64,000 nucleotides of DNA from Alphaproteobacteria bacterium (GTDB lineage Bacteria > Pseudomonadota > Alphaproteobacteria > SHVZ01), in contig VGEH01000001.1 of assembly GCA_016869375.1 (NCBI GenBank), positions 18,669 through 82,668 on the forward strand, in the 5' to 3' direction. The first letter of the stretch is position 1. Each line of letters begins with the position of its first letter. A program made the translations under genes and the position numbers. This document shows positions 27,867-36,786 of the stretch, one piece after another. Under the pieces are notes generated by a model. It saw only the letters and a program-made list of their open reading frames with translations. It was not told where the DNA came from and searched no databases.

Positions 27867-28775
27867 ATGTTCCATCGTCCCCTCGCCGTCCTCGTTACGT
27901 TCCTCGGTTTCGTCGCCAGCGGCCCCCCGGCGACGGCCGTCGTAGCGTCCGTTCACCCCTTCTGCGTTCAGTATCTGATGAACGTGCAGGATTCGCGCAT
28001 GCAGGGCGTGATCGACGACCCGATGCCGGTCACGGCCTGCAACGAGCACTTCAAGAACGCACCGATCGACATCAAGGACGACTACTACAGCGCCGAAGTG
28101 AAGGGCATCCACAACGAGAAGCCCTACTACCGGTACAAGGTCGTCGGCATGCATCGGAATGCGACGATTGTCAGCGTCGCGGAAAACCCCGGCGGGGCCA
28201 ACGTCTATTCGGCGATCGGCATGATCATGGGCTGGCCGGTCTCGAGCTCCTCCGACGCGCGTGACTTCTTCACGCAGAGGATGACCCTTCTCGGCTTCGT
28301 CGAAGGCGGCGATCGCTGCAATGGCGGCTTCGCCGAAGTGAAGATGACGGCGCCTGCGACGCTCCTGGTCAGCACAAGGCTCACGCCCTATGACCTGTTC
28401 GTCTATCGTCCGAACCGCGGCCTCGTCCGCGACAAGGAAAAGCCGGTCTACGTCTCCGTCGAGAACGAGGAGCTGGGCCCGGTGTCGATGAAGCTCATGG
28501 AGCTCGAGCCCTATCGCGACCTCGACACCGGGGCGACCAGCTGCATCGGCACCGCGACGACCGAGTACAATCTCGACTACGGCACCGCCAAGCTCGTCTC
28601 GGTGAAGCTCGACAAACTCACCTCCGGTGCCGGCGTCGCGAAGCACAAGCACCAGGCCTGCTTCAACAAGGTGGTGCAGGAAGCGGCGCCGTCGCTGCCG
28701 GCGACGATCACGCCGGAGAAGCTGCGTGCGATGTCGAACGCCTTCGAAAGCAAGTGCATGGCAGCGACGCCGTAG
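27867..28775 (+). CDS. hypothetical secreted protein (Cys-containing, no recognised domain)
   Basis: 302 aa with an N-terminal signal peptide (MFHRPLAVLVTFLGFVASGPPATA). Six Cys. GC visibly lower (~60%) than neighbours. Confidence 0.55.
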   Translation: MFHRPLAVLVTFLGFVASGPPATAVVASVHPFCVQYLMNVQDSRMQGVIDDPMPVTACNEHFKNAPIDIKDDYYSAEVKGIHNEKPYYRYKVVGMHRNATIVSVAENPGGANVYSAIGMIMGWPVSSSSDARDFFTQRMTLLGFVEGGDRCNGGFAEVKMTAPATLLVSTRLTPYDLFVYRPNRGLVRDKEKPVYVSVENEELGPVSMKLMELEPYRDLDTGATSCIGTATTEYNLDYGTAKLVSVKLDKLTSGAGVAKHKHQACFNKVVQEAAPSLPATITPEKLRAMSNAFESKCMAATP

Positions 28776-28789
28776 CGCCGCCGCACCGA

Positions 28790-29476
28790 TCAGGCGGCGG
28801 CTAGCCGCCGGTAGATCGCGCCGGTGGAGGCGCCGAGCGCCAGCCAGAAGACGAGGCCGCTCACCAGCGCGGCGATGATGAACTCGCGCACCAGGCCGGG
28901 CGGTGCTGCACCGCCCTGCTCGGCCGGATGCGGCGCACCCACCAGATGCGGCAGCGCGAGGAGCGCCAAGCCGAGGACGATGCCGATCGCGCCGCGCCGG
29001 ATCAGGATCAGGGCAAGCCCGGCCGCGGTCGCGGCGGCCGTGGCGGTCCACCAGAGCTGACGCGAGACCAGCGGCGCCGCCTCGGTGCCGGGCAGCTCCG
29101 GCGGCAGGCCGAGCGCCGGCGCGACGACGAAGCTCAGATAGCCGCAGACGCCCCAGGCGAGGCCCGTCTTCCATCCGCCCTCGCCGCTCAAGGCGAGCCC
29201 TGCCGAGATCAGCAGGCCGAATCCGATGCCGGCGAGGAGGTTGAACAGCAGCGTGTAGCCGGTACGCTCCCAGCCATCGGCCGGGGCCCAGGCGTCTTCA
29301 TCATGATCATGCGTGGCCGAGGCGGCATGGTCGTGCGGCTTCGCCTTCCCGGCGGCCTCCTCGAAGACCTCGGCCTGAAGAATCAGCGGGACGGCGCGCA
29401 CCGCCTGGACGGCGCTGGCGATGCCGCCGGCGACCAGACCTCCAAGGACGGCGGCGAAGAAGATTCGCCGGAACAT
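28790..29476 (-). CDS. cbtA: cobalt transporter subunit CbtA
   Basis: 228 aa membrane protein with a His-rich loop (KPHDHAASATHDHDED) and the CbtA topology. Confidence 0.7.
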   Translation of the reverse strand: MFRRIFFAAVLGGLVAGGIASAVQAVRAVPLILQAEVFEEAAGKAKPHDHAASATHDHDEDAWAPADGWERTGYTLLFNLLAGIGFGLLISAGLALSGEGGWKTGLAWGVCGYLSFVVAPALGLPPELPGTEAAPLVSRQLWWTATAAATAAGLALILIRRGAIGIVLGLALLALPHLVGAPHPAEQGGAAPPGLVREFIIAALVSGLVFWLALGASTGAIYRRLAAA

Positions 29477-29480
29477 CAGA

Positions 29481-29663
29481 TCAGTGGCAGGGGAAGGCGT
29501 GGATGTGCCGGGCGTCGTGCGCGGCGTTGTGGATAACGCTGGGGCCGGCGAACCCGACGCCGAAGATCAGGAACACCCCGAGGAATGCCGCGGCGAAAGC
29601 CGGCCAACGGGAGGCTTCGCCCTTCAGGACGACAACGGCGGCGAGGGTCTGTCCGGTCGGCAT
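29481..29663 (-). CDS. cbtB: cobalt transporter subunit CbtB
   Basis: 60 aa. LGVFLIFGVGFAGPSVIHNAAHDARHIHAFPCH matches the CbtB C-terminal HNAAHD..H.FPCH motif. 4-nt gap to cbtA. Confidence 0.7.
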   Translation of the reverse strand: MPTGQTLAAVVVLKGEASRWPAFAAAFLGVFLIFGVGFAGPSVIHNAAHDARHIHAFPCH

Positions 29664-29794
29664 CTTCGAGGCTCCGAAAGCAGGCGGGAAAGGTGCAAGC
29701 TAGGTCCGGATCCCAGGGCCGTCAATCCGGCGAGTTTCGAAGACTCGGCTTCGGCAAAACTGCTAAACGACCGGGCACCGATCCGGGAGAGACG

Positions 29795-30454
29795 ATGACC
29801 GACACCGCGACCGCGCAACTCACCGCCGACATCCTCCTCGACATCCAGGCCGTCCATATCCGGCCCGAGCAGCCCTTCACCTTCACCTCCGGTCGGCTCT
29901 CCCCCGTCTATGTCGACTGCCGCAAGATCATCTCCTTCCCGCGGGCACGGGCGAAGCTGATGGATCTCGGCGTCGAGCGGGTCTGCCGCGACGCCGGCCA
30001 CGAGGCCTTCGACGTCGTCGCCGGCGGCGAGACCGCCGGCATCCCCTTCGCCGCCTTCATGTCCGAGCGCCTCGGCCTGCCGATGACCTACATCCGCAAG
30101 AAGCCGAAGGGCTTCGGCCGCAACGCGCAGATCGAAGGCGACTTCAAGGACGGCGCGCGCATGCTGCTGGTCGAGGATCTGGCCTCGGAGGGCGGCTCGA
30201 AGCACGTCTTCCTCGACGCGATCAACGCCGCCGGCGCCGTCTGCAGGCACATCTTTGTCATCTTCAACTACGGCACCTTCCCCGAAGGCATCGCGGCGCT
30301 CGAAGCGCGCGGCGTCAAGCTGCATGCGCTCGCCACATGGGCCGACGTGCTGATCGCCGCCGAGCGCCGCGGCTACACCAAGGACCAGCTCGACCAGGTG
30401 CGCAGCTTCCTCACCGATCCCGACGGCTGGGCCGCCAAGCGGAAGTCGGCCTGA
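29795..30454 (+). CDS. pyrE: orotate phosphoribosyltransferase
   Basis: MTDTATAQLTADILLDIQAVHIRPEQPFTFTSGRLSPVYVDCR.. and the PRPP-binding LLVEDLASEGGS. Confidence 0.9.
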   Translation: MTDTATAQLTADILLDIQAVHIRPEQPFTFTSGRLSPVYVDCRKIISFPRARAKLMDLGVERVCRDAGHEAFDVVAGGETAGIPFAAFMSERLGLPMTYIRKKPKGFGRNAQIEGDFKDGARMLLVEDLASEGGSKHVFLDAINAAGAVCRHIFVIFNYGTFPEGIAALEARGVKLHALATWADVLIAAERRGYTKDQLDQVRSFLTDPDGWAAKRKSA

Positions 30455-31230
30455 TGCCGCGCTTCGCCGCCAACCTATCGACGATGTTCCGCGAGCATGA
30501 CTGGCTCGCGCGCCCGATGGCTGCCAAGCGCGCCGGCTTCGATGCGGTCGAGATCCAATACCCTTACGAGATCGACCTGGAGGCGCTGGCCCGCGCCAAG
30601 CGCGATGCGGATGTGCAGTGGCTGATGATCAACGTTCCGGCCGGCAACCAGGCTGCCGGCGAGCGTGGCATCGCCTGCCTCCCCGGCCGCGAGGCCGACT
30701 TCCGCGAAGGCATCGCGCTGTGCCGGCGCTACGGCGAGGCCCTCGGCATCTTCCAGGTCAACACGCCGGCCGGCATCCCGCCGACGGGCGTCGAGCGCGC
30801 CCGCATCGAGGAAACGCTGATCGGCAATCTGAACTACGCCGCCGAGGAGCTCGGCAAGGCCGGCATCAAGGTGCTGGTCGAGCCGCTCAATACCCGCGAC
30901 GTCCCCGGCTTCTTCGTCACCCGCGCCGATCAGGCGCTCGACCTGATCGACCGCGCCGGCCATGCCAATCTCGGGCTGCTCCACGACCTCTATCACGCAC
31001 AGGTGATGGTCGGCGACCTGATGCGAAATCTGGAGCGGCTGATGCCGCGCATCGGCCATATCCAGTTTGCCGATCCGCCCGGCCGCCACGAGCCCGGAAG
31101 CGGCGAGCTGAACTGGCCGGCGCTGTTCGCCCTGATCGACAAGCTCGGTTACCGCGGCTGGGTATCCGCGGAGTACTTTCCAACCGGAAATACCGCGGAC
31201 AGCCTGGGCTGGATGGCGACGCCGGGCTAG
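30454..31230 (+). CDS. hydroxypyruvate isomerase family (TIM-barrel sugar-phosphate isomerase/epimerase)
   Basis: ATG overlaps the pyrE stop (ATGA). MPRFAANLSTMFRE...VEPLN...HDLYHAQV..GHIQFAD is typical of the Hyi/OtnI family. Confidence 0.8.
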   Translation: MPRFAANLSTMFREHDWLARPMAAKRAGFDAVEIQYPYEIDLEALARAKRDADVQWLMINVPAGNQAAGERGIACLPGREADFREGIALCRRYGEALGIFQVNTPAGIPPTGVERARIEETLIGNLNYAAEELGKAGIKVLVEPLNTRDVPGFFVTRADQALDLIDRAGHANLGLLHDLYHAQVMVGDLMRNLERLMPRIGHIQFADPPGRHEPGSGELNWPALFALIDKLGYRGWVSAEYFPTGNTADSLGWMATPG

Positions 31231-31300
31231 GCCGCCCTTCCGCCGAAGATGAACGCCGTAATATAGTCGCCGCCAGCCAAGTCCATTCCGGGAGGTTGTC

Positions 31301-32966
31301 TATGCGTTATCTTGCAACAGGCGTGCTGGCTGCGTCGCTGGCGCTTACGGGCGCCGCGTTCGCCCAGCAGAAGGCCGGAGAACTGACGGTCGCAATGACC
31401 CAGTTCCCCTCGACCCTCAATCCGCATATCGACTCGATGCTGGCCAAGACGATCGTGCTGCACATGACGCAGCGGCCGCTGACCACCTACAACGAGAAAT
31501 GGGAGGCGATCTGCCTCCTCTGCACCGAGCTTCCGACGATCGAGAACGGCAAGGCCAAGCCGGTCGATCTGCCCGACGGCAAGAAGGGCGTGAAGGTCAC
31601 CTACACGATCCACCCGAACGCCAAATGGGGCGACGGCACGCCGGTCACGACCAAGGACGTGATCTTCACCTACGAGGTCGGCAAGAACCCGGACACGGGC
31701 GTTGCCAACATGGAGCAGTTCCGCGAGATCGTCTCGATCGAGGCGCATGACGACAAGAGCTTCACGGTCACCAAGGACAAGCTGAAGTTCACCTACAACC
31801 TCATGAACGACTTCCGGCTGATCCCGGAGCATATCGAGAAGGCGAATTTCGATCCGAAGAACGCCGCCGAGTACAAGAAGAAGACCGCCTTCGACACCAA
31901 CACGACAAACCCCGGCCTCTTCTTCGGCCCCTACAAGATCGCCGAGATCGTGACCTCGAGCCACGTCTCCTTCGTGCCCAACCCCACCTGGTTCGGCGAC
32001 AAGGCGAAGTTCAACCGCATCACATTCAAGGTGATCGAGAACACCGCGGCGATGGAAGCCAACCTGCTCTCGGGCTCGGTCGACTACATCATGGGCGAGC
32101 TCGGCGTCACCATCGACCAGGCGATCGCGTTCCAGAAGCGCCAGGCCGACAAATACAATTACGACTTCAAGCCCGGCCTCGTGTACGAGCACATCGATCT
32201 CAACCTCGACAACCCGCTGCTCAAGGACAAGCGCGTCCGCCAGGCGCTGCTCTACGCGATCAACCGCGAGCAGATCGTCCAGCAGCTCTTCGAGGGCAAG
32301 CAGCCGGTCGCGCACACCAACATCAACCCGCTCGACTGGATCTACCACAAGGACGTCAAGACCTATCGTCACGACGCCAAGCGCGCGGGCGAGCTTCTCG
32401 ACGCCGCCGGCTTCAACGTGATGAAGGACGGCTATCGCCACAACGCCGCCGGCGACCGCCTCCGCTTCGAGCTCATGACCACGGCCGGCAACCGCTCGCG
32501 CGAGCTGGTGCAGCAGGTCCTCCAGAGCCAGTGGAAGGCGGTCGGCGTCGAGATCGTGATCAAGAACGAGCCGGCCCGCGTCTTCTTCGGCGAGACCACG
32601 AAGGAGCGCAAATACACCGGCATGGCGCTGTTCGCCTGGATCTCCTCGCCGGAGAACGTGCCGCTGACGATCCTCTCCTCCAAGCACATCCCGACCAAGG
32701 AGAACAACTGGGCGGGTCAGAACTACACGGGCTACAAGAACCCGGAGATGGACAAGCTGCTCGAGGAAATCGAGGTCGAGCTCGATCGGAACAAGCGGCT
32801 CGCGCTCTGGACCAAGTTCCAGGCGATCTACTCGGAGGACCTGCCGGTCCTGCCGCTGTTCTTCCGCGCCGAGCCCTTCATCGTGCCGAAGTGGCTGAAG
32901 GGCATCGTGCCGACGGGGCACCAGTACGGCACCACGATGTGGTCGCAGAACTGGGCCGCGAACTGA
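31301..32966 (+). CDS. ABC transporter substrate-binding protein, family 5 (peptide/nickel/opine type)
   Basis: 555 aa with a signal peptide (MRYLATGVLAASLALTGAAFAQ). SBP_bac_5 architecture. AT-richer codon usage than neighbours. Confidence 0.85.
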
Positions 32967-33023
32967 CGCGAGACGAGGCCGGCGGAGAAATCCGCCGGCC
33001 TTTCTCTTTCCGGCATATCTCCG

Positions 33024-33980
33024 ATGACACGCTTCCTCTCGCTGCGCTTCCTGCAGGCGCTGATCGTGGTCCTGGTGATGTCGTTCGTCGTCTACGGCCT
33101 GATCGGGCTGATGCCGGGCGATCCGATCGACATCATGCTCTCGGGCGATCCCAACATGACCGCGGCCGACGCGGCGCGGCTGCGCGCGCTCTACGGCGTC
33201 GACAAGCCGATCATCGAGCGCTATTTCGAATGGCTGAGGAACGCCGTCGGCGGCGATTTCGGCTATTCCCGCCAGCATAACCAGCCGGTGCTGCACATCC
33301 TGCTGCCGCGGCTGGTGAACACGCTCTACCTGATGATGGGCGCCTTCCTGATCTCGGTGATCGTCGCGATCCCCGCCGGCGTCTACGCCGCGCGCCACCC
33401 GCGCTCGCTGGTCGACCAGGCGATCAACCTCTTCTGCTTCGCCGGCATCTCGGTGCCGGTGTTCTTCCTCGCCCTCCTGCTGATCATCCTCTTCGCGGTC
33501 CAGCTCGGCATCCTGCCGGCCAGCGGCACGCGCACGGTCGGCGCGCAATCTTCGTTCACCGACCAGCTTCGCTACCTGGCGCTGCCGGTTCTCACGCTTA
33601 CCATCGCCAACATCGCCCAGGTCACCCGCTATGTGCGCTCGGGCATGATCGAGGTCCTGCGCGAGGACTACATCCGGACGGCGCGCGCCAAGGGCGCCGA
33701 CGAGAACCGCGTGGTCTGGAAGCACGCGCTCCGCAACGCCCTGATCCCGACGGTGACGATCATGGCGCTCGAATGCGGCACGCTGCTCTCCGGCGCGCTG
33801 ATCACCGAGACCATGTTCGCCTATCTCGGCATGGGGAAGCTGATCTTCGATTCCATCCTCGCCAACGACTACAACGTGGCGCTGGTCGGCCTGCTCTTCG
33901 CCTGCAGCGTGACGCTGCTCCTGAACCTGATCGCGGACGTGCTCTACGCCGCGCTCGATCCGCGCATCTCCTATCGCTAG
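33024..33980 (+). CDS. ABC transporter permease (DppB/OppB-like)
   Basis: 318 aa, 6 TM segments, and the EAA-like loop in the region YIRTARAKGADENRVVWKHALRNALIP. Confidence 0.85.
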   Translation: MTRFLSLRFLQALIVVLVMSFVVYGLIGLMPGDPIDIMLSGDPNMTAADAARLRALYGVDKPIIERYFEWLRNAVGGDFGYSRQHNQPVLHILLPRLVNTLYLMMGAFLISVIVAIPAGVYAARHPRSLVDQAINLFCFAGISVPVFFLALLLIILFAVQLGILPASGTRTVGAQSSFTDQLRYLALPVLTLTIANIAQVTRYVRSGMIEVLREDYIRTARAKGADENRVVWKHALRNALIPTVTIMALECGTLLSGALITETMFAYLGMGKLIFDSILANDYNVALVGLLFACSVTLLLNLIADVLYAALDPRISYR

Positions 33981-33990
33981 AGGTGACGCG

Positions 33991-34950
33991 ATGGCCACGG
34001 TGATCTCGCCCGAGACCTCGATCCGCTCCGCCGACGACGCGGCGCTGCCGCCGCCGACGCGCCCCGCGCTCCTGATCTGGCGCCGCTTCCGCCGCCACAA
34101 GGGTGCGCTGATCGGCGCCGGGGTGCTGATCTTCCTGGCGCTGCTCGCGATCTTCGCGCCTGCCATCGCCGGATGGCGCGGCCAGGACCACGAGGCGGTC
34201 AACCTGTTCAACCGCTTCCAGCCGGCCTCCGCCGAGCATCCGCTCGGCACCGACGATCTCGGGCGCGACCTGCTGCTGCGCCTGATCTATGGCGGCCGGA
34301 TCTCTCTCTTCGTCGGCCTCGTCACCGCGGTGCTCACCGCCTCGATCGGCACCGTGATCGGGCTGATCTCGGGCTGGTACGGCGGGCGCGTCGACGCCTT
34401 CCTGATGCGCTTCTGCGACGGCTGGATCTCGCTGCCGCTGCTGCCGGTGCTGATCGTGCTCGCCGCCGTCGATCCGACCAAGGTCGGCCTGCCGGCTGCC
34501 ATCGCCAAGTCGCCGGATTTGAGCCTCTATCGCATCGTCCTGATCATCGCGCTGGTCGCCTGGACCACCTCGGCCCGCCTGGTGCGCGGCGTCACGCTGA
34601 CGCTCAAAACCCGAGACTTCGTGCAGGCCGCGGTCGCGCAAGGCGCCTCGACCGCGCGCATCCTCTTCGTCCATATCCTGCCGAACGCGCTGTCGCCGAT
34701 CCTGGTCGCCGCCACGCTCGCCAGCGGCAACATCATCCTGCTGGAATCGACCCTGAGCTTCCTCGGTCTCGGCATCCAGCCGCCGGTGGCGAGCTGGGGC
34801 AACATCCTGACCAACGCCCAGGAGATCATCTGGTCGCAGCCGATGCAGGCGATCTACCCGGGCGTCCTGATCTTCGCCACGGTGATCTCGCTCAACTTCG
34901 TCGGCGACGGCTTGCAGGACGCGTTCGATCCGAGGACAGAGGGGCGATAG
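33991..34950 (+). CDS. ABC transporter permease (DppC/OppC-like)
   Basis: 319 aa, N-terminal OppC_N-like segment, TM bundle. No ATPase genes follow. Confidence 0.85.
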   Translation: MATVISPETSIRSADDAALPPPTRPALLIWRRFRRHKGALIGAGVLIFLALLAIFAPAIAGWRGQDHEAVNLFNRFQPASAEHPLGTDDLGRDLLLRLIYGGRISLFVGLVTAVLTASIGTVIGLISGWYGGRVDAFLMRFCDGWISLPLLPVLIVLAAVDPTKVGLPAAIAKSPDLSLYRIVLIIALVAWTTSARLVRGVTLTLKTRDFVQAAVAQGASTARILFVHILPNALSPILVAATLASGNIILLESTLSFLGLGIQPPVASWGNILTNAQEIIWSQPMQAIYPGVLIFATVISLNFVGDGLQDAFDPRTEGR

Positions 34951-34959
34951 GGCCGCGTC

Positions 34960-35397
34960 TCACTTCTTCGGGCGCGACGGGAGTCTCGGATATTGTTCGT
35001 CCAACGGGACCTTGTACGGACGTCGCTTCGGCCCTGCGTTCATGTCGTACTCGCCGGCAAACAGCAGCGTGAACATCGCGTCCATACTGAACTCGGCAGC
35101 TCTCGCTTCGATGATGTCGATGAGCACGTCGATCGCACGATCCTTCGCAAAGGAGAGGCTTGCCTGGGCCGCCGTTAATCGGATGGGAACGAGCTCGTGA
35201 TCCATGAGGCTAAGAAGCGCTGCTTCTCCTTCTGAGCCTGACTCCTTTAAGGCTTTGGCGACCGCGGCCATTTCGTTTCTGTGCCGGTCGAACGCCTCGA
35301 CGCCCCCCTCTCCGTCTATGGGCGGATAGGATTTTCCGAGCTGAAGGAACGTCCCGACGAGGCTATCCACCGATCGGCCGGACCATTTCGATGTCAT
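34960..35397 (-). CDS. putative immunity protein (145 aa), ATGA-coupled to the upstream nuclease gene
   Basis: ATG 35397 overlaps the stop of the WHH gene. Product MTSKWSGRSVDSLVGTFLQLGKSYPPIDGEGGVEAFDRHRNEMAAVAKALKESGSEGEAALLSLMDHELVPIRL.. is acidic and helical. Low GC (~55%). No family recognised. Confidence 0.5.
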   Translation of the reverse strand: MTSKWSGRSVDSLVGTFLQLGKSYPPIDGEGGVEAFDRHRNEMAAVAKALKESGSEGEAALLSLMDHELVPIRLTAAQASLSFAKDRAIDVLIDIIEARAAEFSMDAMFTLLFAGEYDMNAGPKRRPYKVPLDEQYPRLPSRPKK

Positions 35398-36572
35398 CGC
35401 ACCACTCCTCGCCACTTCAAGATGGTAAGGCCGAACTCTCTCTGAAAGGCGGGATCCTTCGTTTTCAACCACTCGCGGACCGTCATCCCACCCAGTTCCT
35501 CTCGCTTGAACGAGTAGAAATCGCTGATCCTGCGGTGATGCACGACGGGGACGCGAACGATATTGTCCGTCGAGTGAACGTCCCATCCCTCGGCGCTTCC
35601 GAACTCTCTCTCACGAATATGGTGCCATTCATATCCCGGTCCAGCGGGGTTCCTTCTTCGGAACTCGTCGAAGGATCCGTAGTCCTCAACCCGCACCCTT
35701 GGATGCATTTCGGAGAGTGTCTTAGGCTCGTCGAAGTATGTGACGACCTCGGGGAACCCCTCTTCTAAGAGCACCGATGCCACAAGCCCCCAGGTCGATC
35801 GTCTAAGGGCAAAGGCTGCTGCGGGCGCGATACGCGTGATCATCTGCCGAACCAGTTGCCCGCGCGTCTTGGGTGTTCCCTCCACCGGCGGAAGGTCGGT
35901 CGGAGGAGGCTTTGGCGGATCGAAAGGATCCCTGGCGCCGCCGGCGAGGTGAAGCAATCCGCGCGATGATCGCGCTACAAGATCATCGAGCCTCGCAAGA
36001 GCATGATCCGCCCTGCTGAGTTCTTCCTCGGTGACCGGCCGATCGAGGTCCGAAACCTCGTCGCCGCTTCCATCCGTCCACTGCCCACCGTTGGGATGGC
36101 CGCGCGGCACGCGCGGCTGGTTCGGGTCGTATTTGCGTTCGAGCGCTTTGCGCTGGCGCCAGGCGTCGACGTTGATGCGCGGGTTGCCGCGGCGATGCGC
36201 CGGCCCCCAGCTCAGGTACCGGCCACAGGCGTTGCGGAAGGTCGTGAAGTAGTCGGGCGGCGGGAACGCGACGGCTTCGGCGAGTTCGGCGGCATAGGCG
36301 CGGTCGCCGGCGGCGAGCGCGTCGACCGCCATCTGCAGGATCGGCATGCGGTCGCCGAGACGGAAGTCGCGGCCGTAGACCGACTGCATCGCCTCTTCAA
36401 GGACCGAAAGGTCTACCAGCCAGGGGATCGGCGGTTGGCGGCCATTCGGCCGGATGCCGCCTACCGGCGAGGTCCAGAGGCGGATGAGGTCGCCGTCGAT
36501 CCAGCAACGCTGCACGACGCCGCGGACAAAATCCGGGCGGTCGTGCGCGCCCTCGCGGGTGCGCCCGTGCAT
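35394..36572 (-). CDS. WHH-type HNH/EndoVII-fold nuclease domain protein (candidate polymorphic toxin)
   Basis: Start at ATG 36572 with a GGAG RBS (the GTG at 36626 is an alternative). The C-terminal ~90 aa contain GYEWHHIREREFGSAEGWDVHSTDNIVRVPVVHHRRISDFY (the W-H-H ... N ... H-H pattern of the WHH nuclease family). The ~280-aa N-terminal region has no recognised domain. Low GC; AGA/AGG/TTA codons. Confidence 0.55.
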   Translation of the reverse strand: MHGRTREGAHDRPDFVRGVVQRCWIDGDLIRLWTSPVGGIRPNGRQPPIPWLVDLSVLEEAMQSVYGRDFRLGDRMPILQMAVDALAAGDRAYAAELAEAVAFPPPDYFTTFRNACGRYLSWGPAHRRGNPRINVDAWRQRKALERKYDPNQPRVPRGHPNGGQWTDGSGDEVSDLDRPVTEEELSRADHALARLDDLVARSSRGLLHLAGGARDPFDPPKPPPTDLPPVEGTPKTRGQLVRQMITRIAPAAAFALRRSTWGLVASVLLEEGFPEVVTYFDEPKTLSEMHPRVRVEDYGSFDEFRRRNPAGPGYEWHHIREREFGSAEGWDVHSTDNIVRVPVVHHRRISDFYSFKREELGGMTVREWLKTKDPAFQREFGLTILKWRGVVR

Positions 36573-36786
36573 CGATCCAACTCCATCTGCGGAAAAGAAA
36601 AGGGGCCGGGGGTCCGTCGGACCCACCTAGCCCCAGTTAGCACGCATCCTGTCAAAGACGCGGGGTTTTGTCAGCTAAATTCTCGTATAAAAATCCGCAT
36701 TATTTTTCGACGCCCCTCTTGGTCTCCGCGAAGCGGGCCGGCCTCAAGGGGTTAGCGAGGGTCGCCGGGAAGGCTATGATCGCCCG

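Noticed and set aside
29664-29794. Cobalamin riboswitch upstream of cbtB
   Set aside because: Only 131 nt are available and I could not recognise a B12 box or the GCCACTG element by eye. Kept as a low-confidence item to test with Rfam rather than annotated as a feature.
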